64,000 nucleotides of DNA, from the NCBI RefSeq assembly GCF_963921235.1, contig NC_086097.1, positions 151,468,001 to 151,532,000 on the forward strand, written 5' to 3'. Under the pieces are notes generated by a model. It saw only the letters and a program-made list of their open reading frames with translations. It searched no databases and was not told where the DNA came from. This DNA is from Mobula hypostoma. Taxonomy: Eukaryota. Of the stretch, positions 1 through 13,879 are shown one piece after another (the first letter of the stretch is position 1; each line of letters starts with the position of its first letter). The position numbers and the translations under genes were made by a program.

Positions 1-309
1 CATTGGATTGTTTATGCCTTGATGTCCATTAATTTCAGTTTCATCAAGGTTCCTTGGATGTCACTTGATGGCAGCATTAACATTTTCATTCACTTTGATG
101 TTTGAGTGTTCATTAAGCAGAAGTTGCCCTGCTTTTTGTGAAGAGGATATTTTACAGCATTGTGTTAGATGCTAGTATTGTCATGGAATAGCTTGGCAAA
201 AGAAACAGCTGGTTCTGGAGTACAGGTCTTCAGTTCCAGAGTTGGTGTTGGTTATTGTCTGGTTTCTTGCCTTTGTTTTATCCAGCACTCTCAGGAATGG
301 TGTTGATCT

Positions 310-565
310 CACTCACTGCGCCACCAGCCGACCTAACAACAGAGGTTCCCGAGTTCGATCCAGTGACGGACCGCCCCCGTGCGCACTCTCCATCCGCGCC
401 GGGTTGATATTGAGCTCGCAACTCGGCCTCATAAAATAATACTGCAAAATGTCTGTGCAAGGAGTGCCGCCCCACACAGCCTTTCAAATTGCGCCTTGAA
501 AGGCATGAAAATGCCCGACGCTGCCTCTCAGGTCTGAGTCGACGTCATCATCATCATCATCATCT
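310..565 (+). mobile_element. tRNA-related SINE-like repeat with (CAT)n tail
   Basis: B-box-like GAGTTCGATCC at ~351; GC-rich body; tail catcatcatcatcatc at ~547-564. Confidence 0.5.
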
Positions 566-2094
566 TAGGAATGGATTGAACTAACTGAAAGCTCACTTCT
601 GCGTTCTAGGGATTTCGAGAAGCAACCATGTGGAGCATCCACTTGATATTTCTGGCTGAAAATGTTTGAATCTTGCACTCTCATGTTGGAGCTTTCCATA
701 TTGAGAATGATGACATTTTTGGATTGTTCAACTTTCATAACTGTTGACTGTCCCCTATTCATGACTAGATGGAACAAGCTTGCTGTGCTTGGATTTAATC
801 CACTAGCTCAGCCTATTGCATGTGGTATTCACTTATGTTCGTTCCATTTGCCTTTATCCCTTTGTCAAGCTTTCCTTAACTTTCCTTTTTGAAATGAGCA
901 TAGGCAATAGCATGAAAACTTAATTGACAATTAAGTAGCATTTGGAAAATTGAGGGTAGTTAATTAAGTAGTTTTGGGGAAAATGTTTCTGAACTTGCTA
1001 TTAAACATGATTTTGAAAGTTGCAATAAAATTGCATGTTATTGGAAGGTTCAGTGAAATTGTTTGTCATTGTGTATTCCAGTACATGGGAATGATTTGAT
1101 AAGCTTCTGTTTCTTGATTGTGTTTTATGTCAATTGCATACACACCTCAACCAATTTGATTGACATCCACTTTTCTTCCAAGTTCCAGTTAAAAAGCTTT
1201 TTCTTTGGAGCTGCTTTGTTACAATTAATTTTTGTCATTTGAAGTATATATCCAAATGCCTAACAGGTTTTCAACTTGGTAGATTTCCTTAAAACTATTT
1301 TGCATAATATTTAATAAGCAGTTAATTTTTGAGAAACTGCAATTAGTATTCATTGCACTGTTTAATTAAGATAAAATTGTAGATTGTAGTGAAGCTTTCA
1401 AAGGTGATTTATTGTCGATAGGAATTGAGAGATTTGTGTTTCCTTTATTTACTTTTTGACTATCCTTTTAAATAGATCTTCACACTGTATTAAGCCCAAC
1501 ATTTTATTAAACTGGAAACATGTAATATTTTGAACAGATGAGAGCAATTTAGTCAACACTCTGGTCAAGTCCACATTCCAGCCTTACTGAAAACATTAAC
1601 TTCTGAATCTCAGAGTTGTAGTGGGAGAGACTGCCTTTGACTTCACAGTGACTGTAAACTGAGCGTCACAGTAGAGAATTCAAATAAAACTAATGTTGGA
1701 AATTAGATTAGTTGGCAATTACAATGAAATGTATATGCATAGAACAATGGAAGATGTCTGTGGCTGATGGATATCTATTATCTCAGCTTCAGACTATTAT
1801 TTCAGAAATCTTTGCAGAGTTTAACCAGCTGGATTCAAGGAAAATATTTTTTCCTGGATTAGGGGTGTGGAGCCAGGAGCCACAGTTTCAGAATATAGGA
1901 CTGAGATAAGGAAAAGTTTCTTCTACTGAAGATGGTAAGTGAGTCCTTGGAATATTCTGTCTGGAACCTAGTTGTTGAATTGAAAACTGACTGATAGACT
2001 TTTCATATTAATGGTATTAGGTGAATAGTGCAGAAAAATGGCGCTGAGATGTAAGATTGGCTATGATCATGAACGGAAGAGCATGCTAAAAGGA

Positions 2095-3575
2095 CGAAGA
2101 GGAATTCAACAGTTCAGGCAGCATCTATAAAAATTAATAAATAGTTGACATTTTGGATGAGACCCTTCATTGGGATTGAAAGAGGAAGGGAAAGACGCCC
2201 GAATAAGAAGGTAGCGGGAGGGGAACAAGCTGGAAGGTGAATAGTTGAAGCAAGGTGAGTGGGGAGTGGGGGGTGGGGGGGTGAAGTAAGAAGCTGGGAG
2301 GTGATAGGTGGATAAGATAAAGAATGACAAAGATAGAATCTGAGAGGATCATCGGAGAATGGGAAGGAGGGGGTGGGGTAACCGGGGTAGGTTCAGGCAT
2401 GTGAGGAGAGCAGTAAGAGACCTGTGAGTGGGGAATTAAAGGGGGGGGGGGAAGGAAAATCACCAGAAGTTGGAGGAGAAATCTATGTTTATGCTATCAG
2501 GTTGGAGGCCATCAAGGTGGAATATGAGCTGTTACGCCTCAATGTTGAGAGTGAGCTTATTGTAGCAGTAGAGGAGGCCATGGATCAACATGTTGGAATG
2601 GGGATAGGGATTAAACTGGTTGGCTACCACGAAAATCTGCTTTTGTAGATGAAGCGGAGGTGCTGAACAAACCGATTCTCCAGTCTTATGTCAGGTCTCA
2701 CCAATGTAGAGGAAGCCACATCGGTAGCACAGTAGATGACCCCAAGTGTTGCCTCATATGGAAGGACTGTTTGGAACATGAATGGAGGTGAGGGAGAGGG
2801 TGAGTGGGCAGGTGTAGCACTTCTGCCACTTACAGGTATAAGTGCCAGGAGGGAGATTTGAGGAGAGATGATGGACAAGACGGAGGGAGCCATTCCTGCA
2901 GAAAGCAGATAGTTTGCGGGGTGGGAGGGGGGAGTAAAGATGCGTTGGGTACTAGGGTCCCATTGAAAATGGTGTAAGTTGCAGAGAATGTTGTGTTGGA
3001 TGTGGAGGCTCACGGGGTCGTTGGTGAGGGTAAGAAGAATGCTATCCCTGTTAATGAGGTGGGAAGATGTAGTGGGCCTGGAAGTCTGGAAAACGGAAGA
3101 GATGTGGGTGAAGGCAGCATCAGTGGTGGAGTAAGTGAAACCCTGTTGTTCGAAGAAGGAGGTCTTCTCTGTCCTGAAAAGGAAAGCCTCATCCTGGGAA
3201 CAGATGCAGCAGAAACGATGGAACTGAGTAAATGGAGTGGCATTTTTTACTAGGGATAGGGTGGGAAGAGGTATAATCAAGATTGCCATGGGAATCAGTA
3301 AAATAAATAAAAAATATTGGTGGACATTTTAGCTCCAGAGATAGAAACAGAGAGATTCAAATAGGGGATAGAGGTTTCAGAAATGGACAAAGTAATTTTA
3401 AGCTTACGGTGGAAATTGGAGGCAAAGTTGATGAAATTGATGAGCTCAGCATGGGTGCATGATGCGCCAACAATGCAGTTGTCATTGAAGTGCAGAAAGA
3501 GTTGGGGAGCATTACCATAGAAGGCTTTCATAAAGTTCCATTTAGCCAATGAAAAGGCAGGCATAGCTGAGGCCC
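2095..3575 (-). mobile_element. degraded Penelope-like retroelement (RT end plus GIY-YIG endonuclease remnant)
   Basis: Minus-strand peptides CIVGASCTHAELINFINFASNFH..ISETSIPYLNLSVSISG (PLE RT) and SLHIQHNILCNLHHFQWDPSTQRIF..GVIYC; frameshifted. Confidence 0.75.
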
Positions 3576-4689
3576 AAGTAACTTGTGTCTGTGCTATTAT
3601 GGTCTCATCAGATTAAGACCATTTTGTGTCCAAAAATCAGATGTACAGTAGCTATTGATAATAGTCCTGCTGAAAGATCTTGGCCCAAAACCTCAACTGT
3701 ACTCTCCCATAGATGCTGCCTTGCCTGCTGGGTTCCTCCAGCATTTTGTGTGTGTTGTTCTGTTGATAATTGCTCAGTGTTCATTTGCATCTGTGGTTCA
3801 CATAATGAAATAATCTGTCTGTATGTATGAAGGCCTGATGGATATTCAGACCTGGACATTTCTTTCTGTCTACAGGTTTCAGACAGTGACTATTTCTATC
3901 AAAGGGGAATATAACCATTCCCCCTTTACTGCTGTGGAAAGCTCAATGTGACAAAAACAAAAGCTGAATTGCATCAGAATTGGTCAGGGATTGAAAAGCA
4001 AATAAACTGTAGATGCCAGAAATCTGAATTTTAAAAAAACTGAAAATAATGTTAACACTCAGCAGGCCAAGATAAAGCCCCAGTGAGCCACTCTGGGTTA
4101 TTTCAAAGTTTTAATTCTTTAAGTGCCATTTCCAGGTAGGTGAGATGCCTTTCGGGAGGAGCCTTCACCTTGCTCAATTGACTCCAATCTCTATCATCCA
4201 TTTTCTCGTAAGCTCCACCATATCACAGCCACTTTTTTTTTTGTTGTCTCTTGCCTTCTCTATGTTTCTTTGTGCTATAAAAGGACTTTTGGCCCCACAA
4301 GCCGATACAGCTCTCAGAGTAATTCTATTGTCCCTCTTATTCCTGTGCAGCATATTCTCATTAATGTACTCCTGATTCTCCCATCAGCTGTATAGGAGGT
4401 AGCTTATGGTTGCAAATTAATGTTAACAATGAGCATGTCAGTGAATGTGAATTGAAATTGGAGCACCTGGGATGTTGTCACAGGGAAAGCATACAACCCC
4501 AAGAGATCTGACTCAAATCTGCGTCAGTGGAGCTGCAAGGCAGTGTCACGCCACTGTCCCATCACTTTGAAATTTAAAATGTACTCATTTTCTGACTTTC
4601 CCCTATACTGATAAAAGGTCATCAATCATATTCTATTGGATTCAGTTAATTGGGATTTATTAGGGCAGTGCATTTTGACCCAATTAAGC

Positions 4690-6430
4690 TGCCTCCCCAG
4701 TTATCACTCATGTATGTCATGAAATTTGTTTTATGGCAGCATTACCATGCAATAAATAAATTGCTATAAATTACAATAAGAATAACTCAAAAATAAATAA
4801 TGTAAAGAGCAGGCGTAATAGTCATGCATCATGCATCCATGGATCATTCAGGAATCGGATGGTGACGTGAAAGAAGCTGTTCCTATAATATTGAGTGTTT
4901 GTTTTCAGGCTCCTGTACCTCACTGACTGTAGTAATGAGAAGAGGACATTTCTTGAATGGTTCGGGTCTTTCATGATGGATGCCATCTTTTACAGGCATT
5001 GCCTTTTGAAGATGTTCTGGATGGTGAGGAGACCAGTGTCAATGATGGAGGTAGCTGAGTTTACAACCCTTTACATCTTTTACTAATCGTGTGCATTGGA
5101 AACTCAATACTAGATGGTGTAATCAGTCAGAATGCTCTCCAAGGAACATCTGTAGAAATTAAAGGGTCTTGAGTGACGTACAAAATCTTCAATCCTAATG
5201 AAATATAGTTGCTGGTGTGGCTTATTCGTAATTGAAACAATATATAGGGCCCAGGGTAAATCTTGGGCCATAAGACACAGGAGCAGAAGTTAGGCCATTC
5301 GGCCATATCTTCAGAGCTGTTGATACCGAGGAACTTGTAGCTGTTCAGCCTATCCACTGCTGACCCCTCGATGAGAAAAGCTGAGTTTTCTTCCAGTTTT
5401 TCCCTTCCTGAAGTCCATAGTCCATTTCTTGGTCTTACTGATGACTGTAAGGTTGTGTTGTGACACCACGCAACCAATTGATTTAGCTCACTTCTATATG
5501 CCTGCTCATCAACATCTGAGATTCTGCCAACAACTGTTGTGTAATCGGTGAATTTATAGCTGCTATTTTAGCTGTGCGTACCTACACAGTCATGAATGTA
5601 GAGCAGAACAGTAGGCTAAGCAAGTATCCCTGAGGCATGCCTGTATTGATTATCAGCGAGGAGAAAAAATTATTATTGATGATCCAGTGGTCTCCTGATG
5701 AGGAAATCAAGAATCCATTTGCAGAAGAAGATAACAGAGGCCCAGGTTTTGAACCATGTTGATACTACTAAGGGGATGATGGTGTTGACCACTGTGCTGT
5801 AATTGTTAAACTGCATAAGTAATACTACTGTTCACATGATCCAGTGCCAGTGACATTGTATGGCTGTAGATCTGTTGTGGTGTGAGAGAAATTGCTGTAG
5901 TCTTGCTCAAGCAGGCTTTAGTTTAGCCATGACCAATCTCCCATTAGCACTTCTTCACAGTAAATGTGAGTGCTTCTTAGTGATGGTCATTGAGGTAGCT
6001 CACCCTGCTCTTCTTGGGCACTAGTATGAAGCAGGTGGGAAACTGGCTGCAGCAGTGAGGGAATGAAGATGCCCTTGAATACTGCAGCTGATTGTTTACA
6101 GAGCTTTTCAGTGCCTTGCTGGGTATACCAACGGGGCATGAAGCTTTATAAGGGTTCACTATCAAAAGATGTTCTGATATTTGCCTCTGAGATAGATATC
6201 ACAAGATCACTAGATGCTGCAGGAATTCACACAGATATAGTTTTAGTTTCCCTTTCGAAGTGCATAAAAGAGAGTTCAGCTCATTGGGAGTGAAGCATCA
6301 TTGCCATTTATGATGTTAGGTTTTGCCTTGTAAGAAGTAATGGCCTGCAGACCCTGCATCTGACTTCCTCTCTAAGTTCACTCAGAATTGCTTTTTTTTT
6401 TGCTCTTAAGATAGCCTTCCATAGATCATA
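4690..6430 (-). mobile_element. degraded Rex1/Babar-type LINE
   Basis: Minus-strand peptides IEGSAVDRLNSYKFLGINSSED and FILVPKKSRVSYLNDH; resembles the Rex1 copies at 53-57 kb. Confidence 0.6.
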
Positions 6431-6439
6431 CATATATAT

Positions 6440-7380
6440 GATCATACCTCCCTAAGTTCAGGGAGTTAGGTGCTATGTTAAAGGACAGCACCTCCAGTGA
6501 TGTGATCTCAGGATTTCTATCCAAGTCACGTGCTCATGAGGCCAGAAATAGGAAGATCATATAGTTTAACATGTAGCTAAGGAGTTGGTGTAGTGTCAGA
6601 TTTTTGGATCATTGGGCTGTCTTCCAGGGAAGGTGGAACCTATACTGAAGAGACAGTGTCTAATATCCTTGCGGGAAGATTTGCTAGTGCTGCATGAGGA
6701 TTGGGGGAAAGGGTTGTTAAACTAGAGTTGCAAGGGGATTTGAACCTGCATGCCAGAATAGACAAAATAAGCAATAGATCTCAGGCAAAATTAGGAATCA
6801 AAAGTTTGAGCATGGTTGTGACTAATATTCTGAGCTGTGTATATTTCAATGCAGGTATTGTAGGAAAGACAGGTAAGCTCAGGGCATAGGTGAACAGATG
6901 GAATTATGATATTGTAACTATTAGTGAAACTTGGTTGCAGGAGATACAGGACTGACAGCTCAATTTTCTGGGGTTCCGTTGTTTTGGTGGGAGGGCTAAA
7001 GGGGGAGGGGTAAATGAGAGGTTACTTAATAGAGGTGTAAAATAAGAGGCATAGGTAGAGTGGACAGCCGAAGACTTTCTCAGGGTGGAAATGCTTAATA
7101 CAAGGGAGCATAATTTTAAGGTGTTTAGAGGAAAGTATAGGGGAGATATCAGAGGTAGGATTTTCCACACCGAGTTGTAGGTGTCACCACCACTGCTAGG
7201 GCTGGTGATAGAGGCAGATTCATTAGGGACATTTAAGAAACTCTTCAGATGGGCATGAAAGAAAAATGGAAGGCTATATAGGAGGGAAGGGTGATAATTG
7301 ATCTTAGATGGTTAAATGGTTGGCACAACATCGTGGACCAAAGGATCTGTATTGCCCTGTATTTTTCTGCGTTCTGTGAA
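6440..7380 (+). mobile_element. internally deleted CR1 LINE fragments (ORF1 end, endonuclease start, 3' end)
   Basis: LSCVYFNAGIVGK and YDIVTISETWLQE endonuclease motifs, followed by a CR1 3' UTR-like sequence. Confidence 0.65.
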
Positions 7381-7774
7381 TAGAACAAATGCTGCACTAT
7401 GTAATGCAGCTGATTTACTTTTTCTGTAGATGTGGTGAAACAAAGAAAGTTTATTGTCAGGAGAGCTGTTCTAGATTGTTTATTGTCATTTCCTGTGCAC
7501 AAGCATAAAGGAGAATGAAATAAATTTTACTCCAGATCTGATGCAGTGCAAAAAAAGACACGATAAAGAATATAATAATAATAAAAAAAGCACAATAAAT
7601 ATATATACATGAGAGCTTATATACATAGATTGATTGTATGTCCATAAAGTGACACTAGGTGACTGACAGGAAATAAAGTAGTAGTGGAGTTAGAGGGCAT
7701 AGGTGTTTCAGTCTTACTGCTTGGGGAAAGTAACTGTTTTGGATAGCTGAAAGGTTTAAGGGGAGTATATTAAA

Positions 7775-8247
7775 GGCAGAATGGTAGTGTAGCGGTTAAC
7801 AAAATGTGATTACAGTGCTAGTGACACAGGTCCGGTTCCTCTGGTGTCTGTAAGGAGTTTGTACATTCTATGACTGTGTGGGTTTCCTCCAGGTGCTCCA
7901 GTTTCCTTCCACATTCCAAAGATGTACTGGTTAGTAGGTTCACTCACAAAGTGCTGGAGGAACTCGGCAGGCCAGACAGCATCTATGGAAAAGAATAAAC
8001 AGTCGTCATTTTGGGCCAAGACCCTTTATCATGAAAGGCTTCAGCCTGAAACATTGACTGTTTACGTTTTTCCATACATGCTGCCTGGTCTGCTGAGCTC
8101 CTCCAGCATTTTCTGTGTGTTGTTCAGATTTCCAATATTTGCAGATCTTCTCTCTTTTTCTGGTTACATTATTTGGTCACATCGGTGTAATTAGGCACTG
8201 CAGGCTTGTTGGGTGGGAAGAGCCTGTTACCATGCTGTATCTCTAAA
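7775..8247 (+). mobile_element. V-SINE (HE1-like) interrupted by a palindromic Penelope-derived repeat (~7944-8160)
   Basis: V-domain gtgtgggtttcctccaggtgctccagtttccttccacattccaaag; internal repeat gctggaggaactc..gagctcctccagc. Confidence 0.7.
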
Positions 8248-8559
8248 TTCATACATAGTTATTGTTTCTGACAGCCACCTTGGAGCAAGCTTTGCAAATT
8301 CCTTGATGAGTGCTGCTATCCAATCACAACTGAACAAACAATTCTGTGTTTTTTTTAAAAAAAATGCATCAGCTACTTAGTTTGCACCTTCTATGCTTTT
8401 TCATGCATTCTCATCTTCTCTCAAACTGCTTCAGTTTGCCTGAGCTGTGCCCCCCCCCCACAAAAATGTCTGTTGTCTACTTTTCATTACTGTGAAAGTT
8501 TTGATTTGCCAAACTTGTGCTTGTTCCAGTGAAACCCAATCAAGGTTGACAGTTCAAAT

Positions 8560-8900
8560 CTCAATCCAATCTCTAAGCTAGGTTAATTGCAGAATAACAA
8601 TTTTAAAAAAAGTGTTGTACTATTGAAAGGGTCAACCTTTGTAAGGAATAATACACTGAAATCCCATCTCTCTCTTCTGGTGCGCTTAAAATATTCCACT
8701 TCACCACGTAAGGAAGAGCTTGGGAAAGACCCATCTTCTGACCAGTATCTATCCCTTAAGCGTTATTAAGTCAGGTTAACTAATCATTTATCTTATTTAT
8801 AAGCCTTTGGATTTTTAAACCAGGTGTTAGATTTAAATAAAAAATAGATTATACATCACAGAATACTTAGCTTACATTGCAGAGTGAAAGGTGCTAGTAG
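8560..8900 (+). mobile_element. ancient DeuSINE (SacSINE1/AmnSINE1-like) remnant
   Basis: cccatctctctcttctggtgcgcttaaaatattcc..gaagagc..ctgaccagtatctatccct resembles the remembered Deu-domain consensus. Confidence 0.5.
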
Positions 8901-10769
8901 TTTAAAGTTTCTAATGTGTTCAGATCACTGACTCCAGGTCCAAGTGAACTGCAATTTCATTGTGCAGCTGCAGGATGAATTTTACATTTGCCATGAATAG
9001 TTTTAATAAGGGTTTAGCAAACAAAAACTGGGCGAACCTTTTCTCATTTTATGCCTGCTCTTTGGAGGAATTGTCAGAATATGTACACAGCTACAAACAA
9101 ATTTATCTCGATTGAATTCTCTCAATGGTTCTATTGCAAAAATGTGTCAGTGTGTCACTACTGGGAAATCTAATGTTTGTAAAAGAAGAAATTGTTAATT
9201 GAATCAGTATCATGGGTCATATTAAATTTGGTATCTTTTGGAAGTAGCATTCTTCAGTGACGTGTCTACTATTCTGTTACTTTGCAATTCATATAGAATA
9301 GATAGACAAATATGTACAACATTGCAATTGCAAGAATTTAAAGGCCTGGGTATCTTCAAATACATCACCAACTTAGTTATGCCCAACAACTCACCTATCC
9401 AATTATGGGAATTCAAATTTAATTTGATTTCTCTCACCTCATATTGCCAATGCCAAAACATTTCTCTTTTTTAGGTAATTTGAAGGAGACAACTGAATAA
9501 GTAATTATAAACTCCAGGCCTGGCCGATGTAAGCATTACCAAGTCCTGGTTTTAAAGAAAATCATACTAGTTTTGTTGTCCATATTCCACTATTAATTTC
9601 TGTGAACGTTTTTGTTTTGTACTTTCCAGGACTAGTAGAAATCGATCATTGCTCAGTATGATTGAGTATTGTGAAGAAGTCTCTTGACTAACCGTGAACT
9701 TAGAAAGAGTGTAAATTTCTTAGAATCAGGTATTTATTAAAACTACTTATTAAGATGGCCCATTTAGATTTGCATATAGAATTCAACTTTACAGCAGTAA
9801 TTCAGTTTTTTAAAAAGTGGGAAAAAAATTCACTGGCCATAATTACCTACTTCACTTAGCTAGTTTCGGAGATCATCATTGATGCATATTGGTTGTAAAT
9901 TTTGAGTAAATCTATGTTTATGCTTGAACAGTTTTGGACAGAGAAAATGAGAGCATTGAAAGTGAGAGGTAATAACTTTATAGAAAACTACTGGCGATCA
10001 AGTAGTACAACGGGCCACTGATATAGTTGGTCAGTATAAAATTTACCAGATGATTTCCACTTGGCATTCAAGGAAGGAATTATTATCTGGCTGAAGTATT
10101 TCTAGAGATGTGTTTCATTAATGATTGGAAAAATACAGTGTAGTGATCTATTGATACATTATTTCTTTTGCTTGCTCCATACTCCCAAAAGAGAACGTGA
10201 CAGGAATAGTGTTTTTGCTGAATTATGCAGGCGAGGATCTTTAATCCTTGTGTGGCTGTCTCTTCAGAAAATCTCTAGGTAACCAACTTTCAGAACATGA
10301 TGCAAATAACACAATCCTTCCCCCTCACTAGGTCTCCCATCACCTACCTGCTTGTCCTCCTTCCCCTCTCCCTATCTTATACTGGCTTCCGCCCTCATCG
10401 TTCCCAGTCCTGTTGAAGGGTCTCAACCCAAAATGTCGACTGTTTATTACCTTCCATAGATGCTGCTTGACTTGATGAGGCATTTTAATGTAGGCATTAA
10501 ATGTTTAATAGTAAGTAGATTATACCTTTCTGAGGTAATTATATAGAAGACAACAGCAAATTGGAAACCATATCAATTATCATTGATCCTAATATCTTCT
10601 GAAAACCAATACTATTGTGACCTGTATACAGAAATGTAAGTACATAATTATAAGAAACTGTTTTCAATATCTATTAGTTTTGAAGTTTAAAAAAAAGTGG
10701 AAAAGCTGATAGAAGTGAAACCTGATGATTTTATTTCTGTGATTTCTGCATTTCATTTTCCCTTTTTCC

Positions 10770-12540
10770 CAACAAAAAAAAAGTGGCCTTTCTATTATTA
10801 TAAAGTTATATCTGCCCAACTTGTCCAGGCTAACCAAAGTGCCTACCTCAGCTACTCCTTTTTACCTGTGTTTTGGTCCTTATTCCTCTAAATCTTACAC
10901 CTACCTATGTAACTGTTTAATTGAAACCTCTACCATTTCCTCTGACAACTCAATCCAAATAGCTGCCTCCTTTAGTATGGAGAAAAGCTTGCTTTTCAGA
11001 TCCCCTTTAAATCTTTCTCAAGTTAAACAATGCACCCTAAATTTCGACTCCTCTACTTTGAGGGGGGAGAAAACTGTTAACATGCACTTTGACTGTGCCT
11101 TCATAATTTTATATACCTCTATAAATTTACTCCTCAGCCTCCCACAGTCCAGGGAAAACAGCTGCAGCCTATCCAGTCTCTCTTTATAACTCAAGTTATC
11201 CAATTCCAGCATCATCCTTGTGTATCCTTACTGCATTCCCGACAGCCTAATAATAACCTGCCGATGGCTAGATGACTAGACCTGCGCACAGTAATTCAAA
11301 TATCATGTACAGCTGTAACATGACATTCCAACTCTTGCACTCAGTGTCCTAATCAAAGAAGGCAAGCGTGCCAGTTGTCCTCTTCACTACCCTTACAATC
11401 CATACCATCTACATTCTCATCCAAATTGTTAGTGTAGGTGACAATTGTTACGTACCCCGTAACTGGGTTGCCAAACCAGCAGAAATGGATCACTCAGTTG
11501 GAGTCTGGAGTACTAGAACTAAGAAAGTTTTATTAAAGAAACAAGCAACACAGTAATCGAAAGGATAATAAATGCAACAATTCAGTGATGATAACCACAC
11601 ATGTGCACAGAAGTAAGATAACAGCATCAATCAAGCTCTATCGTTGTCTAGGGGTAAATGACCAAATTTCAAAATGACTCAAAGTTCAGTTCGCAGTAAT
11701 CGTTTCCATGGCGATGGACAACGTGGGGGAAGAGAGAGATAGAATAGGAACAACTGATCATTCAGAACACTGCTTCACTCACAGACCAGCAAGATGGCTC
11801 ACAAACAGCATTTGGGCGGGTCCTTGGTGATGTCACCTGAGGTCACCGACTGTGACCCCTCCTCCAGATGCGGTCGATCCTCTGCAGTGAACCCGGCACC
11901 CAGGCAAGGGCGGACACACACCGGGTTCCCGCTGATCGTACCTTTCCACCCTTGTCGTTGTCTGGTACTTCTCACCCACTCGTGAGAAGCGCACCGCTTC
12001 CAGGGTCTCGTTACCTCGGGTGGCGTGTGTGTGTGTCTTAGCGAACCTGTCCCTTTTTATCCCCCTGCTGGGGTATCGCCTGTCCATCACTTCAAACAGT
12101 TCAGGGTTCAAAGGGGGGAGCCGCTCCAGACAGCTCTTCCTCCCACATCCCTTCATTACACATCTCCAGACGCTGCTCCATTGTTCCTTATCTCTCCTTC
12201 CCCTGAGGGCAGGTGGCAGACCAACTGCTGATGCCACTGATGCTAGCCCAGGCCAGCAAACATCTTAATTTTATGTGTATTCTCGTAACACAATCAAGAG
12301 GGAAGATATTACAGATCCGGATGGCACGCTGCTGGTAACAGGGCTTCAATTTGAGAAACTGTCTTCTACAGTCATCCTCTGACTCCAACCACCAAGCCAA
12401 TTTTGTATCCAGTTGACTAGCTCACTCTGAATCCCATGTGATCAACCTTTTGGACCAACCTACCATCAGAGACCTTGTCAAAGTCCACATAGACACCATG
12501 CCCTACCTTTCATAATCCTCTTGGTCACCTCTTCAAAAGC
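10770..12540 (-). mobile_element. CR1 3' fragment split by a solo LTR
   Basis: Minus-strand LSYKERLDRLQLFSLDCGRLRSKFIEVYKIMK; RT remnant resumes at ~12400-12540. Confidence 0.65.
11446..12290 (-). mobile_element. solo LTR (845 bp), Gypsy-like
   Basis: Termini TGTTACG..CGTAACA; perfect 4-bp TSD CAAT (11442-45 / 12291-94); AATAAA (~11529) and TATA-like ATAAAAAG (~12053-60) on the minus strand. Confidence 0.85.
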
Positions 12541-13742
12541 ACATTCAAATGCATGAAACTTGTGTTTAGGTATTTTAAGCCTTATTTGTAGTAGAATCAG
12601 AATCAGGTTTAATATCACCAGCATATGTCATGAAAATGGTTAACTTTGTGGCAGCAGTACAATGTAATACATGATTATGTAGGAGAAAAACTGTATTGCA
12701 GTAAGCATATATCTATTTAAATAGTTAGTGTAAACACATAATTTTTTTAAAAATGAGCTTCCTGAGCAATTCTGAATGGACAGGATGCCATTTTGAATGT
12801 TTGCAGTTGGTGTCTGTAAATGTAGCTGTGATAAATTAAAACTACCACATGACTTTAATTGATGTTCAGTAGTAACTAATTTGATTGTTTTTGAATGTTT
12901 GTGAATTTCAGAAGCATTTATACACTTGAAGTCCTTGACAGCTGGCAGAGCTTAAGTAATGGTCTTGCTAGCTGTCAGGTTTCTTCATCTGCTCCTGGAT
13001 AGAATATGTTCTGTTGACAGCAATACATTGTGCGAGATCCAGTAGCAGTATGGGGCCTTGCCATTAAGCAATAAGAAACCATGCCTATTTATCATTAAAC
13101 CATAATGACAATCATGTTAAGAGATAGATCTCTTTAGAAATACCCTGGACATTAGATCCTTTGTGAATGTTGATGACAATGAGCATCAGCAAAAAGTCTC
13201 TGCTTTTTCTACGCTGCAGCAGAAAGTGTGGATGTCTTGCTGCTGGCAGTATGTTCCAGTCATGCTCTCACTATGACACACAGACCAGAATATACCAAGT
13301 TTAAAGGTCTGCCTATGCTCGGTTAGCTAATAAAGTTATGACAAGAATTGGAAGAATTACAGTCGGCATTAGAATTCTCCAGGAATAGGAATGAGAAGGG
13401 GTGGCTTAGTACTCCCATCTCTGATCAATGGAGTGAACATTGCTAAAGTATGTATGTGTTAATACAAAGAAAGTAATTGTTCTTGGTTCCACATTTGAAT
13501 GATCTCAAACCTCAATGTTTACAGCAATTTATGAAGAATGTTTACTAACTGACTACCAGTGCACATGGAACAATTTCTCATAATGGGAGGAAGTTGGACT
13601 CTCTTTCTGTTTAGATATTCCAGTTTGGGCTGAATTCCACTGGCTTGTTTGGACTTTCAATGCACAGCCAGTTCAGTATTTGAAGATGTGTTTGAGAATA
13701 ACTTGTACATAGTATAGTCACTGCTCCTTCTTGAAACTTTAG

Positions 13743-13825
13743 GCATATGCTGATGGCTATGGAGCAACATATGAAGACCAAGGTTACGACTCTTATGATA
13801 ACAACTACAGCAATCAAGGCCAAAG
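13743..13825 (+). CDS. KHDRBS3: KHDRBS family internal coding exon (Tyr-rich C-terminal region), 83 nt
   Basis: ttt ag acceptor at 13741-42 and AG|gtaat donor at 13826. Translates AYADGYGATYEDQGYDSYDNNYSNQGQ(S), matching the remembered KHDRBS3 segment [28 protein letters not shown]. Paralogue KHDRBS2 is less similar but not excluded. Confidence 0.9.
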
Positions 13826-13879
13826 GTAATATTGATTCTTCGTAACCTCATTCATTGATTTTTGATGTGTGACTTTATG

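Noticed and set aside
3855..4140. Additional exon after the strong acceptor tttctttctgtctacag (3875)
   Set aside because: No KHDRBS-like translation and no convincing nearby donor.
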